Source: Nitrospirota bacterium (GTDB taxonomy: Bacteria > Nitrospirota > UBA9217). From it: DNA of 64,000 nt. A program made the translations under genes and the position numbers. The stretch lies in NCBI GenBank assembly GCA_963796285.1, contig CAWCKW010000012.1:1536001-1600000 (forward strand), in the 5' to 3' direction. A model generated the notes under the pieces. It searched no databases and had not been told where the DNA came from. It was given only the letters and a program-made list of their open reading frames with translations. Shown here in pieces: positions 52,164 to 64,000 of the stretch. Positions within the stretch are counted from its first letter, which is position 1, and each line of letters opens with the position of its first letter.

Positions 52164-54059
52164 CTACATCGTCCCCCCTCCGTATGTCTTCATGATGGCT
52201 TCCTGGGCCGAGTTGATCAGCTTGAACGACTCCTTCAGCATCGTCCTGTCCAGCGCGCCGAGGCCCTGAGGATCGACCATGTTGTCCGGTTCGACCCCTG
52301 CCTGGATCTGTTGGTACTGGTGCCTGAGCCTCAGCGACATCAGGAATTCGAAGGCCTTTTCCAGTTCATCGGAAAACGGTCCCAGGACGCCGCAGCGGTC
52401 CTTCACCTCTGTGAGACGCTCGATCGTGGCGGTATGGTATACCTGCAATCCCAGCGCGGAAAGCCGCGCAGCGTCAATGATCGGGCTCAGACCATTGATC
52501 TTGATGTTGAACTTCCCCTTCTGTGCACCGGTCCGCGCGCAGCTGATATTCCCGAAGAAATCAAGCGGCGGCCTGTTCTTGAGCACGGCACCTGCCATAT
52601 TGGCGAGGAAAAGGGCACGTCCCTTGATCTCGTGCCCCAGGAACGCCCGGAGCCTTTCCGCGAGCAGCAGATCGCCATGGATGGGCCGGAAATCGAAGAA
52701 GATCAGTGACCGAAGGACTGATTCCGGCGTGGGGTTCCGGATCCATTCCGCAAAATATTTTTTCCATACTCTGAGCGGTTGTCGCCATGCCGGATTGCTC
52801 GCCATGTAGTCGGCGCTGCACGGCGGAAACCCGCACCGAGCCAGGGCGTCCTTCATCCGCACGCTGAACTCGGAGAAATACCGGATGGCCTCATCCCCGC
52901 TGTCCGGCAGGTCCTCATAGATGATGGCGTTGTCCTGGTCCGTTTTGAACGTCTGCTCCTTCCTGCCCTCGCTGCCGAACGTGATCCAGCAGTAGGCAAC
53001 AGGAGGCCGCCCCATCCTCTCCTCCGTGATCTCCAGGACCTTTTTGAGCAGCCGGTCATTGATCTCGGTGATGATCCTGATGATACTGCTCGCCTTGGCG
53101 CCTTCCTTGATGAGAATGGAGATGACCCTGTCAATTTTGGTCGCAGCGGGCACGAGCCCGTCGATCGTGTCCCGGGTCTCTATCTCACGGGCAAGAGAGA
53201 GCGGAGACGTCCCCTGCAGCATCATGAGATCGTGGCTGGTCAGGATCCCTTTCAGTTCACCCTTGCCCACCACGAGCAGGTGGTGGATATTGTAGCGCAT
53301 CATTTTAATGAGCGCCTCGAAACAGTGGTCGCGCGCATCCGCCTTGATGAGCGTTACGCTCATGATGTCTCCCACGCGCCCCTCGATGTCCCTGCCCCGG
53401 GAGACTACCTTGTTCCTCAGGTCCTTGTCCGTGATCATGCCGGACGGCAGCCCCTGGCCGTCGAGCAGGACCAGGGAACTGATATTGCGGTCCGCCATGG
53501 TCTTTGCCGCCTCGCGGATGGAGATATCCTCCGATGCCGTGATCACCTCCCTCGTGGCAAGATCGGCCAGAATGTTCGTGAACAGGAGCTTGTCTCCGCC
53601 TCCGTACAAGAGCGTCCGGTCGTGGATCTCCTTATAGGCCATATCGAGAAGTCGTTTCAGCAGGGTGCGGAGGCAGAATTCGGAGAACGCGGCGTTCGTA
53701 CTCAGCAATTCGAGGGCCGTCTCCTTCCTGAGCTGGTAGCACGATGTGTCTTCCGAGGCGATGATCGTGTCCTGCGACACCTCGCTGAACAGAAAGGAGC
53801 GCAGGCCGAAGAATTCGCCGCTCGACCGGAAATCGACCAGCACCTCTTCCAGCTCGTTCGTCCTGATAAAGACCTTGACGGATCCGGTCCGGATGATGTT
53901 GAGGTGCTCTGCCGCAGGTCCGTTCTGGCGGAGGATCTTCTCTCCCCGGGGATAAAACACCAGGGACATGTCCTTCACAATGCCGGCGAGGACCGCGTTG
54001 TCGAGGGAGGCGAAGGGCGGAGTTTGTTTCAGAAAGGTGATGGTGTCTTTCGTGATCAT
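52164..54059 (-). CDS. cNMP-binding + CBS pair + DUF294 putative nucleotidyltransferase
   Basis: cNMP domain (PPFASL, GEFFG), CBS (GMITDKDLRNKVV), GSEGRKEQTFKTDQDNA, FFDFR. Confidence 0.9.
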   Translation of the reverse strand: MITKDTITFLKQTPPFASLDNAVLAGIVKDMSLVFYPRGEKILRQNGPAAEHLNIIRTGSVKVFIRTNELEEVLVDFRSSGEFFGLRSFLFSEVSQDTIIASEDTSCYQLRKETALELLSTNAAFSEFCLRTLLKRLLDMAYKEIHDRTLLYGGGDKLLFTNILADLATREVITASEDISIREAAKTMADRNISSLVLLDGQGLPSGMITDKDLRNKVVSRGRDIEGRVGDIMSVTLIKADARDHCFEALIKMMRYNIHHLLVVGKGELKGILTSHDLMMLQGTSPLSLAREIETRDTIDGLVPAATKIDRVISILIKEGAKASSIIRIITEINDRLLKKVLEITEERMGRPPVAYCWITFGSEGRKEQTFKTDQDNAIIYEDLPDSGDEAIRYFSEFSVRMKDALARCGFPPCSADYMASNPAWRQPLRVWKKYFAEWIRNPTPESVLRSLIFFDFRPIHGDLLLAERLRAFLGHEIKGRALFLANMAGAVLKNRPPLDFFGNISCARTGAQKGKFNIKINGLSPIIDAARLSALGLQVYHTATIERLTEVKDRCGVLGPFSDELEKAFEFLMSLRLRHQYQQIQAGVEPDNMVDPQGLGALDRTMLKESFKLINSAQEAIMKTYGGGTM

Positions 54060-54079
54060 GGGTACCGGTCCAGGGCGGG

Positions 54080-54451
54080 TCAGGCGGACGGTGTGTCGAG
54101 GGCCTTTCTGACCGCCTTCTTCATCTCGTCGTGCATCAGGGGCTTGATGATGAAATCGCAGGCCCCGGCCTTAATGGAATCCACGGCCGTGGTCAGGGAA
54201 GCATAGGCCGTGATGACCATCACTTTTTGCGCGGGGTTCTTCTTGCGGTATTTCGTCAGGAGTTCGATGCCGCTGATGCCGGGAAGGATGATGTCGGTGA
54301 TAATGAGGTCGTAGGACCTGTCTTCGAGGAATATGAACGCCGCTTCGGCGCTGTCAGCGCTGTCCACCTCGTAGCCGTCGCGCAGGAACACCCTCTTCAG
54401 GGATTCGCAGAGCGTGTCTTCGTCCTCAATGATGAGCAGTCGTTCAGCCAT
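54080..54451 (-). CDS. Single-domain response regulator
   Basis: IIEDE, IITDIILPGISG, ITAY, IIKP. Confidence 0.9.
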   Translation of the reverse strand: MAERLLIIEDEDTLCESLKRVFLRDGYEVDSADSAEAAFIFLEDRSYDLIITDIILPGISGIELLTKYRKKNPAQKVMVITAYASLTTAVDSIKAGACDFIIKPLMHDEMKKAVRKALDTPSA

Positions 54452-54825
54452 AGCTCCTCACCGGATGTCAGAAGTGTATCGCGTTACTGCCGGGGCGTAT
54501 GCTACTTGTACCTGTTGTTCTTAACCGTATAATATCATTTCTTCGGGCGGATGAAAAGCAAATAAACCGATGTGCAAAGAACGGAAGGGTTACGAAAGAT
54601 AAGGATAGAGAGAGGGCTGATAGGATTTTCCATGAACCACCTGAATATTTCCTGCTCAAATAGATCCCTGCTCTGGTCGACCCGCTCCGGGGTCTTCAGC
54701 AACTGAGCCGGACGGAACCGGCAGGCATGATCACAGCCTGCAATCCCCGGTTTCTGGATGTCTCCTTGCAGTGCTTCCTGATCATATACAGAGTAACACG
54801 CAACCCTTATTCGTCAATAACCGAT

Positions 54826-54861
54826 AAAAAAACCCCGAGTCATTACAAAACTCAGGGGGTT
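54826..54861 (-). terminator. Intrinsic terminator
   Basis: AACCCCGAGT...ACTCAGGGGGTT stem followed by a U tract on the minus strand. Confidence 0.6.
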
Positions 54862-54900
54862 CAATTCAGCCATGGGTGAGGTTATCTCATGCGACAGCCT

Positions 54901-55086
54901 TCACCGTTCTCTCTTCGCCAGCCACTCCTTAAGACGCGGACATTTGTTCTTCGCCCTGTTCCCGTCGCAGTCACCGCAGATGGTCATGTCCTGACTGCAC
55001 GGGGTAAAACCTTCAGAGCGCCGGGTATCCTCTGCTTTTTTATTCTTCGCGCTGCGCGCTTTTTCAATGCTGGTGACGTTCGACAT
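54901..55086 (-). CDS. Small 4-Cys hypothetical protein
   Basis: C..D...CGDC........CP; AGGA RBS; followed by a terminator. Confidence 0.6.
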   Translation of the reverse strand: MSNVTSIEKARSAKNKKAEDTRRSEGFTPCSQDMTICGDCDGNRAKNKCPRLKEWLAKRER

Positions 55087-55154
55087 GGTTCCTAATGTTT
55101 TTTACGGGATCAAAGGATCGGACTTCTCATTCCGCACTCCGCATTCCGAAATCG

Positions 55155-56651
<1,497 letters not shown>

Positions 56652-56895
56652 TTACCGCAGAGCACACGGAGAAAAAATCGAATATAATAATGGAGAAAGC
56701 GACTCTGTGGCTCCGTCTCCCTCCGCATCTTTATGACAAGCTCCGTTGTTTTTCTTACCATTAGACCACAGACACGGGCATTTCCCTGGCATTCCTCAGC
56801 GTTCTGTTGTTTTCCCTATTATTTCATCCTGCATCGTGTATCAGGTATCGTACTTTACCACACCAGCTGACAAACCTCAAGAAAAACCGGATTAT

Positions 56896-57533
56896 TCAAA
56901 CCCCGATTCCTTGTTCAGGAACGGGTTCTCCTTCCGCTCTTCGCCGATCGTGGTCGCGGGGCCGTGGCCGCAGAAGACCTTGGTATCGTCCGGCAGGGTC
57001 ATGAGGTTCGTTTTGATCGAGCGGATGCAGGGTCATGAGGTCGCCTCCCGGCAGGTCGGTCCTGCCGATGGAGCCGGCAAAGAGCGCAGTCGCCCGTAAA
57101 GACCATCCCCTGATCAAGCAGACTGATGCCGCCCGGAGAATGGCCGGGTGTGTGCAGGACCTTGAGAGAAACTTCGCCCGCAGTGATGATATCACCGTGC
57201 TTCACATACCGGTCCGCCCGGGGAGACGATGTGTGTATTCATGCCAAAGGCCTGCGAATGCAGAGTTGCTGAGGCCATCACCGGCGCATCGCCCTCATGG
57301 ATGAGCAGCTCGGCACCCGTGGCATCCTTAAGGGCCTTGTTCGCTCCCACATGGTCGAAGTGACCGTGGGTGATCACGATGTATTTGACGTTGAGGCCCT
57401 TGTCCTTGATGATCTTCAGGATCTCCTGCGCATCGTCTCCCGGATCGATGACCACCGCTTCTTTGGTCTTTTCGTCCGCAAGGATAAAGCAGTTCACCTG
57501 GAGCGGGCCTACTACAAGCCGTATTAAGATCAT
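56896..57533 (-). CDS. Metallo-beta-lactamase fold hydrolase (glyoxalase II-like; frameshifted)
   Basis: THGHFDH, HTPGHSPG, FTGD, GRTDLPGG over three frames. Confidence 0.88.
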
Positions 57534-57622
57534 GAATATCTGCTTTCACCACAGAGGTCACAGAGAAAATCTCAATTCAGGGTGTTATGAAGAGTCGAAA
57601 ACCATGCCCGCTTCAGAATAGA

Positions 57623-58241
57623 CTATCGTGTTGTTTGAGCTTTTCCTCTGTGTGCTCTGTGGTCAATGTTCTTATTCTTTTCCAGCTCCAGCAGTTTTTT
57701 CTTCATCCCGATCCCTGCCGAAAACCCGCCCAGCTTGCCCGCTGAGCTGATGACCCGGTGGCACGGGATGATGATCGGTACGGGATTGGCCCCCAGCGCC
57801 TGGCCCACGGCCCGGGCAGCCTTCGGATTCTTGATCCTCTTCGCGATCCAGCGCATAGGACCGCGTCTCGCCGTGAGGGATCTCCGCTGCCGCTTTCCAG
57901 ACCGCCTGCTGGAAGGGCGTATAATAACGCATATCAAGAGGCAGGTCAAATGAAACACGCGCGCCGGAGAAGTACTTCTTGAGAAGTTTTACCGCCTTTT
58001 CCAATATCCTATCAACTCCTCCAGCATCCAAACCCTCTCCTGCGAATAAGGGGGATCGAGGGTGATGCGAGCTTCTGCATGCAGCACCTGCGCTTGAGGA
58101 CTTTGCAAGCTCCTGCTCAACTTCCCCCTTGTCCTTTTTCGGTAAAACAACCCTGCAGATCCCGCGTTCGGAGGCAGCCACCCCGACCCATCCAAGTGGG
58201 GTAACAAAAATGACCTGTTGTATTCTGCAATCCGTGCTCAA
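57623..58241 (-). CDS. ogt: Methylated-DNA--protein-cysteine methyltransferase (frameshift near 57855)
   Basis: TPLGW, TPFQQAVW, IPHGETRSY, RAVGQA...NP.PIIIPCHRV. Confidence 0.9.
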
Positions 58242-58243
58242 TC

Positions 58244-59846
58244 TTACCTTCCCGCCTTTCCAGCTTCCGTCCTTCGTTTCCTTCTCACGATCCCCCACAT
58301 GAATTTCAATTCCTCGCTTCTCAACAGCCACATGACGATGACGTAGAACAGCACGCTCACTGCCATGCCGCCGACAAGCAGTTCGGCTTTATACAGGCGT
58401 ATGTCCCGCCGAGATCCCAGACCGGTTGTATGCTGACCCACCATCCGATCGCGCCCATGGCAATGGACGCGGGAATGATCTTGAGAAGCGACCTCAGTAT
58501 CCTCTTCCCGTCCATACGGCCGATCTTTTTCCTGAGCAGCACGGTCAGCAATCCGATATTCAATATGGCTGCAAGCGATGTGGCAAGCGCCAGTCCGCCA
58601 TGTGCAAGCTTTGTCCACGTGAGAAGACAGCCGACTCAGCAGGATGTTCGTCAACAGCGCGACGATCGCGATTTTGACCGGGGTTTTGGTGTCCTGGAGC
58701 GCATAGAATGCCTGGGAAACGATCCTCACACCGGCAAAGGCCCAGAGCCCCACGGCATAGAACAGCATCGCCGCGGCCACGCCTTGCGTGGAGAGTCGGT
58801 CGAACTGGCCGTGTTCCAGCAGAAGGCTCACGATCGGCACCCGGAGCGTGATGAGCCCGGCCATGGCCGGGAACATGATGAAGAACACAAGCCTGAGCCC
58901 GAGTGAGAGTGTTTCCCGAAATTCCGCGGTCTCGCGACGCGCTGCCTGTGCGGACATGGTCGGGAGCACGGCCGTGGCAATGGCGACGCCGAAGATGCCG
59001 AGGGGGAAGTGGATGAATCTCATGCCGTAGAATAAATAGGTTATGCTTCCCGTTGCGAGGAAGGACGCGAAGATGGTTCCGATGAAGATATTGATCTGGC
59101 TCACCGATGAACTGACGAAGACCGGAAGCGCAAGCATGCCGATCTTCTTGACGCCCGGATGCGTGGGCTCGAACTGCGGCCGTATCATCATCCCCTGCTT
59201 CTTGAGCGCCGGCACCTGGATCAGGAACTGGCACATTCCACCGAGGACGACTCCGACAGCCACGCCAAAGATCGGTTGCGACAGGAACCGTGATGCTCAG
59301 CAGCACGGCCGAGATGGTCATAACGTTCAACATCACCGGAGACAGGGCCGGAGTAAGGAACTGGCGGAGGGAGTTCAGCATGCCCATGGCGAGCGCCGCA
59401 AGCCCGATGAACAGAAGATAGGGGAACATGATGCGCGTGAGCATCACGCCGAGGACATACTTGTCGTGCTCTGCCCGGTACGCCCAGCCCCAGGCAACCA
59501 CCTTGACCACGTAAGGAGCGAAGATGATGCCCAGCCCGGTCAGGACGATCAGGATCACCAGCAGGCGGGCAAACACCGCGTTCGCCAGGTGACGGGCGCT
59601 TTCTCTGGATTCCTTGGTGAGCGTCTCGGTAAAAACCGGGATGAACGCCGCGGACATCGAACCTTCGGCCAAAAGTTCGCGCAGAAGGTTCGGGATGCGG
59701 TACGCAACGTAGAAGGCATCCGCGGCCAGTCCCGTGCCGAAGGCCCAGGACATGACCATGTCGCGGATATACCCCATGACGCGGCTGGCAAGCGTGGCAG
59801 CGCCGACAATGCCTGCTGCTTTTGCGACCTTTACCTGTTCAGACAT
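58244..59846 (-). CDS. murJ: Lipid II flippase (frameshifted)
   Basis: SRVMGYIRD, ADAFYVAYRIPNLLRELLAEG, FYALQDTKTP. Confidence 0.93.
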
Positions 59847-59990
59847 GCGGATCCACCTCGAACGGAAATGCGAAAATAAGGGGTCACTTTATCAGAAAAC
59901 AGCTGGTAAGAAAAGGATTTTTTTCTTGACACCCTACGGCCCTTTGTGTTAAAAGATGGTTCTGGTTTTAACCCCTTAAGGAGGCAAGAA

Positions 59991-60275
59991 GTGGCAATTC
60001 ATAAATCCGTGATCAAAAGGCAGAAACAAGCCGACAAGCAGCAACTCATCAACAAGTCCGCGAAATCCATGCTCAAGACCCTGGCAAAGAAGGTGGAGCA
60101 GGCCGTTGAGGCCAAGAACGCCGATGTCGCCAAGGTAGCCATGGTCAATGCCATGAAAGCCTATGACAAGGCCGCGTCAAAGGGGATCCTGCACAAGAGC
60201 ACCGCTTCCCGGAAGATCTCACGCCTGTCTACGAAAGTGGGCAGAATTACCAGAATTACACCGCATAGCCAATAA
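59991..60275 (+). CDS. rpsT: 30S ribosomal protein S20
   Basis: GTG start after AGGAGG; HKSVIKR, DKAASKGILHK.TASRKISRL; divergent from murJ. Confidence 0.95.
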   Translation: MAIHKSVIKRQKQADKQQLINKSAKSMLKTLAKKVEQAVEAKNADVAKVAMVNAMKAYDKAASKGILHKSTASRKISRLSTKVGRITRITPHSQ

Positions 60276-60381
60276 GTAAGAAGTTGAGAAGGTAAACATG
60301 GCGAGAAGTTGATAAAAGGGTTGTCGTTCTGTCAGTTGTCCTCTCTCCGTTCCTGCCTTCTCACCTTCCTCTGTTATCCCA

Positions 60382-61377
60382 TCACCCGCACAACCTCAGG
60401 ATCATCCGCTCCAGGACCAATCTGCCGTTCAAACCGCTCGACTTGAGCGCTTTATCCGTTGCCAGCATCACAGCAAAAACCTCGCGCAGTTCATCCAGGG
60501 AATAGCTTCGCATCTGTTCCTTGAACAGGCCGGCCTGATGAAAAATGACTCTGAGCTTTTTCGTAATATCATCTGGTCCCGTGCCTGATGCCTCCATGGC
60601 CTTTGCCTGCATGAGCCTGCGGAAGTTCCAGGCGATCGAGCCGAGCAGGCCCACGGGCGCCTCGCCTTCCTGGATCAGCCGCGACAGGATAAGGAAGGAC
60701 TTTTCCCGGTCCTTCTGACCGAGCGCTGCCGCAAGGTCGAAGGAGGTGTACTCCCGGAAGTCACCCACCACGGTCTTGACGTCATCAAAGGTAATTGCCT
60801 TTTTCTCTTTTACGGAGATGAGGACCTTCTCGAGCTCGTTGCCTATCTTCTGGAGGTCGTTCCCGAGTGTCTGCCACAGGAATTGGGCCGCGTCACGCTG
60901 TATCGACAGGCCCCGTGTCCTTGCCCATGCCTCGATCCAGGAAATGATCTCACGGTCCAGGAGCGCGTAGAACCGCGTCACCGCGCCATGGGCCTCCACG
61001 GCCGAGGTGACGGACTTTTTATCATATCGCTCCTGGCTCGAGAGAAGGAGCAGGCAGGTGCTGGGTGAAGGATCGTTGAGATACGGGATCAATTCTTCAA
61101 GGTCCCCTGCCTTGAACGCATTGATCTCTTTTGCGATCACGAGCCGCTTTTCGGACATGAATGGGAGCGTCTGGCAAAGGTTCACCAGCTCGGACGCGGA
61201 AGTATCCTTGCAGTATAATGTATTGAAGTTGAAATCCCTGGCAGCCGGATCAACGACCTTGTTGATGATGAGGTCAACCGCCTCCTGGATCAGGAATTCT
61301 TCTTCGCCGAAGAACAGGTAGAGGGGAAGGATCTTCCCTTGCTTGAGGCTGGATATGAGGTCCTGATATTTAAGCAT
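60382..61377 (-). CDS. holA: DNA polymerase III delta subunit
   Basis: PLYLFFGEE.FL, DFN, LPFMSEKRLV, NELEK; follows lptE. Confidence 0.93.
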   Translation of the reverse strand: MLKYQDLISSLKQGKILPLYLFFGEEEFLIQEAVDLIINKVVDPAARDFNFNTLYCKDTSASELVNLCQTLPFMSEKRLVIAKEINAFKAGDLEELIPYLNDPSPSTCLLLLSSQERYDKKSVTSAVEAHGAVTRFYALLDREIISWIEAWARTRGLSIQRDAAQFLWQTLGNDLQKIGNELEKVLISVKEKKAITFDDVKTVVGDFREYTSFDLAAALGQKDREKSFLILSRLIQEGEAPVGLLGSIAWNFRRLMQAKAMEASGTGPDDITKKLRVIFHQAGLFKEQMRSYSLDELREVFAVMLATDKALKSSGLNGRLVLERMILRLCG

Positions 61378-61511
61378 CTGCTTTTATACGAATCCGACGT
61401 TAATGATCAACATCCGAATGCCAAAGCCAAGTTCACTCGAGCGCATGCCAAATGGTCTTTTTGATATGTTGAGTTTGATTGAACTTTGAACTTTGTATTT
61501 TGCCCTTGACC

Positions 61512-62121
61512 TCAAAACCCCTCCAGCAGCCTGCTCCGGAGCGTCGAGGCAATGTCACGACTTGCGCTCTTGAGGGCCGTTTCCTTCGCAATCTTCGTAG
61601 CTGGTGATATCTCCCAGCGTTACCGAATAGCTGGACAACAAAAACGGAGCCGAGCCCCTTTTCCTGCCAGATGATCTTATGGGTCTTTTCGTCCTCAACG
61701 GTCACATTCATGCCGATGCTGACCGTATAGGACTGCACATAGTTGTCAGTTGTATAGCCGGACGGAGTCATGTCGAATTTTGTCACCGTTCCCTTGAGCA
61801 CTAGGTCGGCTGCCTCTGAACTGACGACCTGTAACCTGCCGTCCGCAAGGAATTCATCCACAACAGCTTTGGTCACCTCGACATCAACATACGGTTCATT
61901 GGTGCCATTGCGAAGGCCAAAATAGCAATGGTCCTTGTGCTTTCGGGTACGATCCCGCCCACCGGGGTGAACCGATAGCCGCAGGAGGAGAGCAGCAGAA
62001 GCAGGAAGAGCAGAACTGTAATGAGAGTCGATGGACGATCGCCCGCTTCGCGCGCCAGGACGATGGACGCCTTCTTCCTAATTCCTTCTTCCCTCGTTTT
62101 TCTCACCTCATTCTCCTTCAC
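61512..62121 (-). CDS. lptE: LPS assembly lipoprotein LptE (frameshifted)
   Basis: Lipobox LSSCGYRF; ADLVLKG.V; leuS-lptE-holA synteny; start uncertain. Confidence 0.8.
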
Positions 62122-62158
62122 TCATTCCTTTTCCCTCGTCTCTCTTACACATCGCCCT

Positions 62159-64000
62159 TCACACCACCACATTCACCAGTTTGCCTTGGACCACGATCAC
62201 CTTTTTCGGCGGATTGCCGGCGGTAAATTCCCTGACCTTCGGGTCCGCGAGCGCTGCTGTTTCAGCATCCTTATCGGAGCTCCCCGCAGGCAGCGTGAGT
62301 TTGCTTCTGACCTTACCGTTCACCTGCACCACGATGACGACCTCCGTTGCCACGATCGCGCCGGGATCATACTGCGGCCAGGCTGCGTTCGCGATCGTGC
62401 CCTTCCCTCCGAGCGACACCCAGAGCTCCTCGGCAAAATGCGGCGCAAAGGGGGCGATGAGCAGCATGAGCGCGTCGATGGCGGCTCGAACTACCGGAAG
62501 CCTGTCATCGGTCATGCCGCTCGACGTATAATCGTACATCTCGTTCACCATTTCCATGAGTGCCGCGATCGCCGTATTGAAATGGAACTCCCGCTCGATA
62601 TCCTCGGTCACCTTTTTGATGGTCAGGTGGGTCTTGCGGTACAGTCTATCGCCACGCGCCTCTGAGCCGGCAGGCTTGAGATTCCGAACAGCATCGCAGT
62701 GTTTGAAGACGATCGCCCAGACACGGTGCAGGAACCGGTACGCGCCGTCCACACCCTGGTCGCTCCATTCGAGGTCACGCTCCGGCGGAGCGGCAAAGAG
62801 CGAGAACAGCCGGGCAGTATCTGCGCCGTACTTCGTAAGGATGAAATCCGGGTCCACCACATTGCCCTTGGACTTGCTCATCTTGGCGCCGTCCTTGATC
62901 ACCATGCCCTGGGTCAGGAGATTTATGAACGGCTCGTCCCCGTCAAAGAGGCCAAGGTCGCGGATCACCTTGGTAAAGAACCGCGCGTAGAGCAGGTGGA
63001 GCACGGCGTGCTCGATGCCCCCGATGTACTGGTCCACGCTCATCCAGTACCCGGCCGCCTTTTTGTCAAAGGGCGCCTTGTCCTCTTTCGGAGAGCAATA
63101 GCGCAGAAAATACCAGGACGAGTCCACGAACGTGTCCATGGTGTCCGTCTCGCGCCAGGCCGCGCCCCGGCACTTCGGACAGGTGGTTTCACGGAAGGAC
63201 TTCGACTCCACAAGGGGTGAACGCCCCTTGCCCGTGAATTCCACATCCATCGGCAATTTGACCGGCAGCTGTTCAACGGGTACCGGGACGGTCCCGCACG
63301 TGTCGCAGTAAATGATCGGGATCGGCGTGCCCCAGTAGCGCTGGCGCGAGATGCCCCAGTCGCGAAGCCTCCAATTGACCGTTCGCTTGCCGAGCCTGTC
63401 CGATTCCACATGATCGGCGATCTTTTCTTTTGCAGCACTGTTCGTGAGTCCGTCGAAGGTACCTGAGTTCGCCATGGTCCCGTCCTCGGTGTAGGCCTGT
63501 TTCATCGTTTCAGCGACGAGATCGTTTTCGGGGCTCTGGATCACGATCCTGATCGACATGCCGTACTTCTTCGCGAACTCGAAGTCCCGCTGGTCGTGCG
63601 CAGGCACGGACATGATCGCGCCGGTGCCGTATTCCATGAGCACGAAGTTGCCGACCCAGATCGGGACCTTTTCGTTGTTCAGGGGGTTGATCGCATAGGC
63701 GCCGGTCAAGATGCCCTCTTTTTCCTGCTTCTCGTCGGTGCGGCTGGCCTTGTCCTCGCTCATCACGCGCTGGCAAAAATCGCGGACGTCATCAGCCTGC
63801 GCCTTCCCTTTGATAAGCGATTCGAGCATGGGATGTTCGGGCGCGATGCTCATGAAGGTCACGCCAAAAAGCGTGTCCGGGCGGGTGGTGAAGATCGTCA
63901 GTTTTTCTCCCGTTCCTTCAATGAGGAAGTCCACTTCCACGCCCGTGGACTTGCCGATCCAGTTCCGCTGCATCGTGAGCACACGCTCGGGCCAGCCCGG
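62159..64000 (-). CDS. leuS: Leucine--tRNA ligase (5' end outside window)
   Basis: [38 protein letters not shown]. Confidence 0.98.
   Translation of the reverse strand, partial: PGWPERVLTMQRNWIGKSTGVEVDFLIEGTGEKLTIFTTRPDTLFGVTFMSIAPEHPMLESLIKGKAQADDVRDFCQRVMSEDKASRTDEKQEKEGILTGAYAINPLNNEKVPIWVGNFVLMEYGTGAIMSVPAHDQRDFEFAKKYGMSIRIVIQSPENDLVAETMKQAYTEDGTMANSGTFDGLTNSAAKEKIADHVESDRLGKRTVNWRLRDWGISRQRYWGTPIPIIYCDTCGTVPVPVEQLPVKLPMDVEFTGKGRSPLVESKSFRETTCPKCRGAAWRETDTMDTFVDSSWYFLRYCSPKEDKAPFDKKAAGYWMSVDQYIGGIEHAVLHLLYARFFTKVIRDLGLFDGDEPFINLLTQGMVIKDGAKMSKSKGNVVDPDFILTKYGADTARLFSLFAAPPERDLEWSDQGVDGAYRFLHRVWAIVFKHCDAVRNLKPAGSEARGDRLYRKTHLTIKKVTEDIEREFHFNTAIAALMEMVNEMYDYTSSGMTDDRLPVVRAAIDALMLLIAPFAPHFAEELWVSLGGKGTIANAAWPQYDPGAIVATEVVIVVQVNGKVRSKLTLPAGSSDKDAETAALADPKVREFTAGNPPKKVIVVQGKLVNVVV

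Noticed and set aside
54468-54800. Possible ORF or structured leader upstream of the response regulator
   Set aside because: Open frames lack a good start or homology cues; CCCTGCTC at ~54666 matches only part of the 31-bp unit; no riboswitch consensus recognised.

Overview
A 64 kb, fairly GC-rich bacterial chromosomal window. Gene content and order (tsaB-rimI-DUF465-ilvD-ilvB-ilvN-ilvC-psd-pssA-leuA-leuC-leuD-leuB-asd-asd; leuS-lptE-holA/rpsT/murJ; pyrF-pyrE; guaB; rluB) suggest an anaerobic Nitrospirota- or Desulfobacterota-like diderm (inference). An accessory stretch of small redox and membrane genes lies at ~29.6-49 kb. Many conserved genes, including murJ, both asd, leuA/B/C and lptE, carry single-base frameshifts. 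These most likely reflect unpolished long-read errors, not real pseudogenes. I found no rRNA, tRNA or CRISPR array. Top observations: (1) a receiver domain fused in frame to an apparently intact LpxC; (2) an unannotated 61-codon Cys-rich ORF with an in-frame UGA at a CxxC position, followed by an 11-nt spacer and a 17-nt hairpin (candidate selenoprotein); (3) an attenuator-like terminator/antiterminator before leuA whose antiterminator arm is the last codons of pssA; (4) a 31-bp hairpin unit inserted into other repeats and into itself; (5) a relic integron (intI N-terminal remnant, divergent promoters, one cassette with a canonical-looking attC) directly upstream of the REC-LpxC gene.
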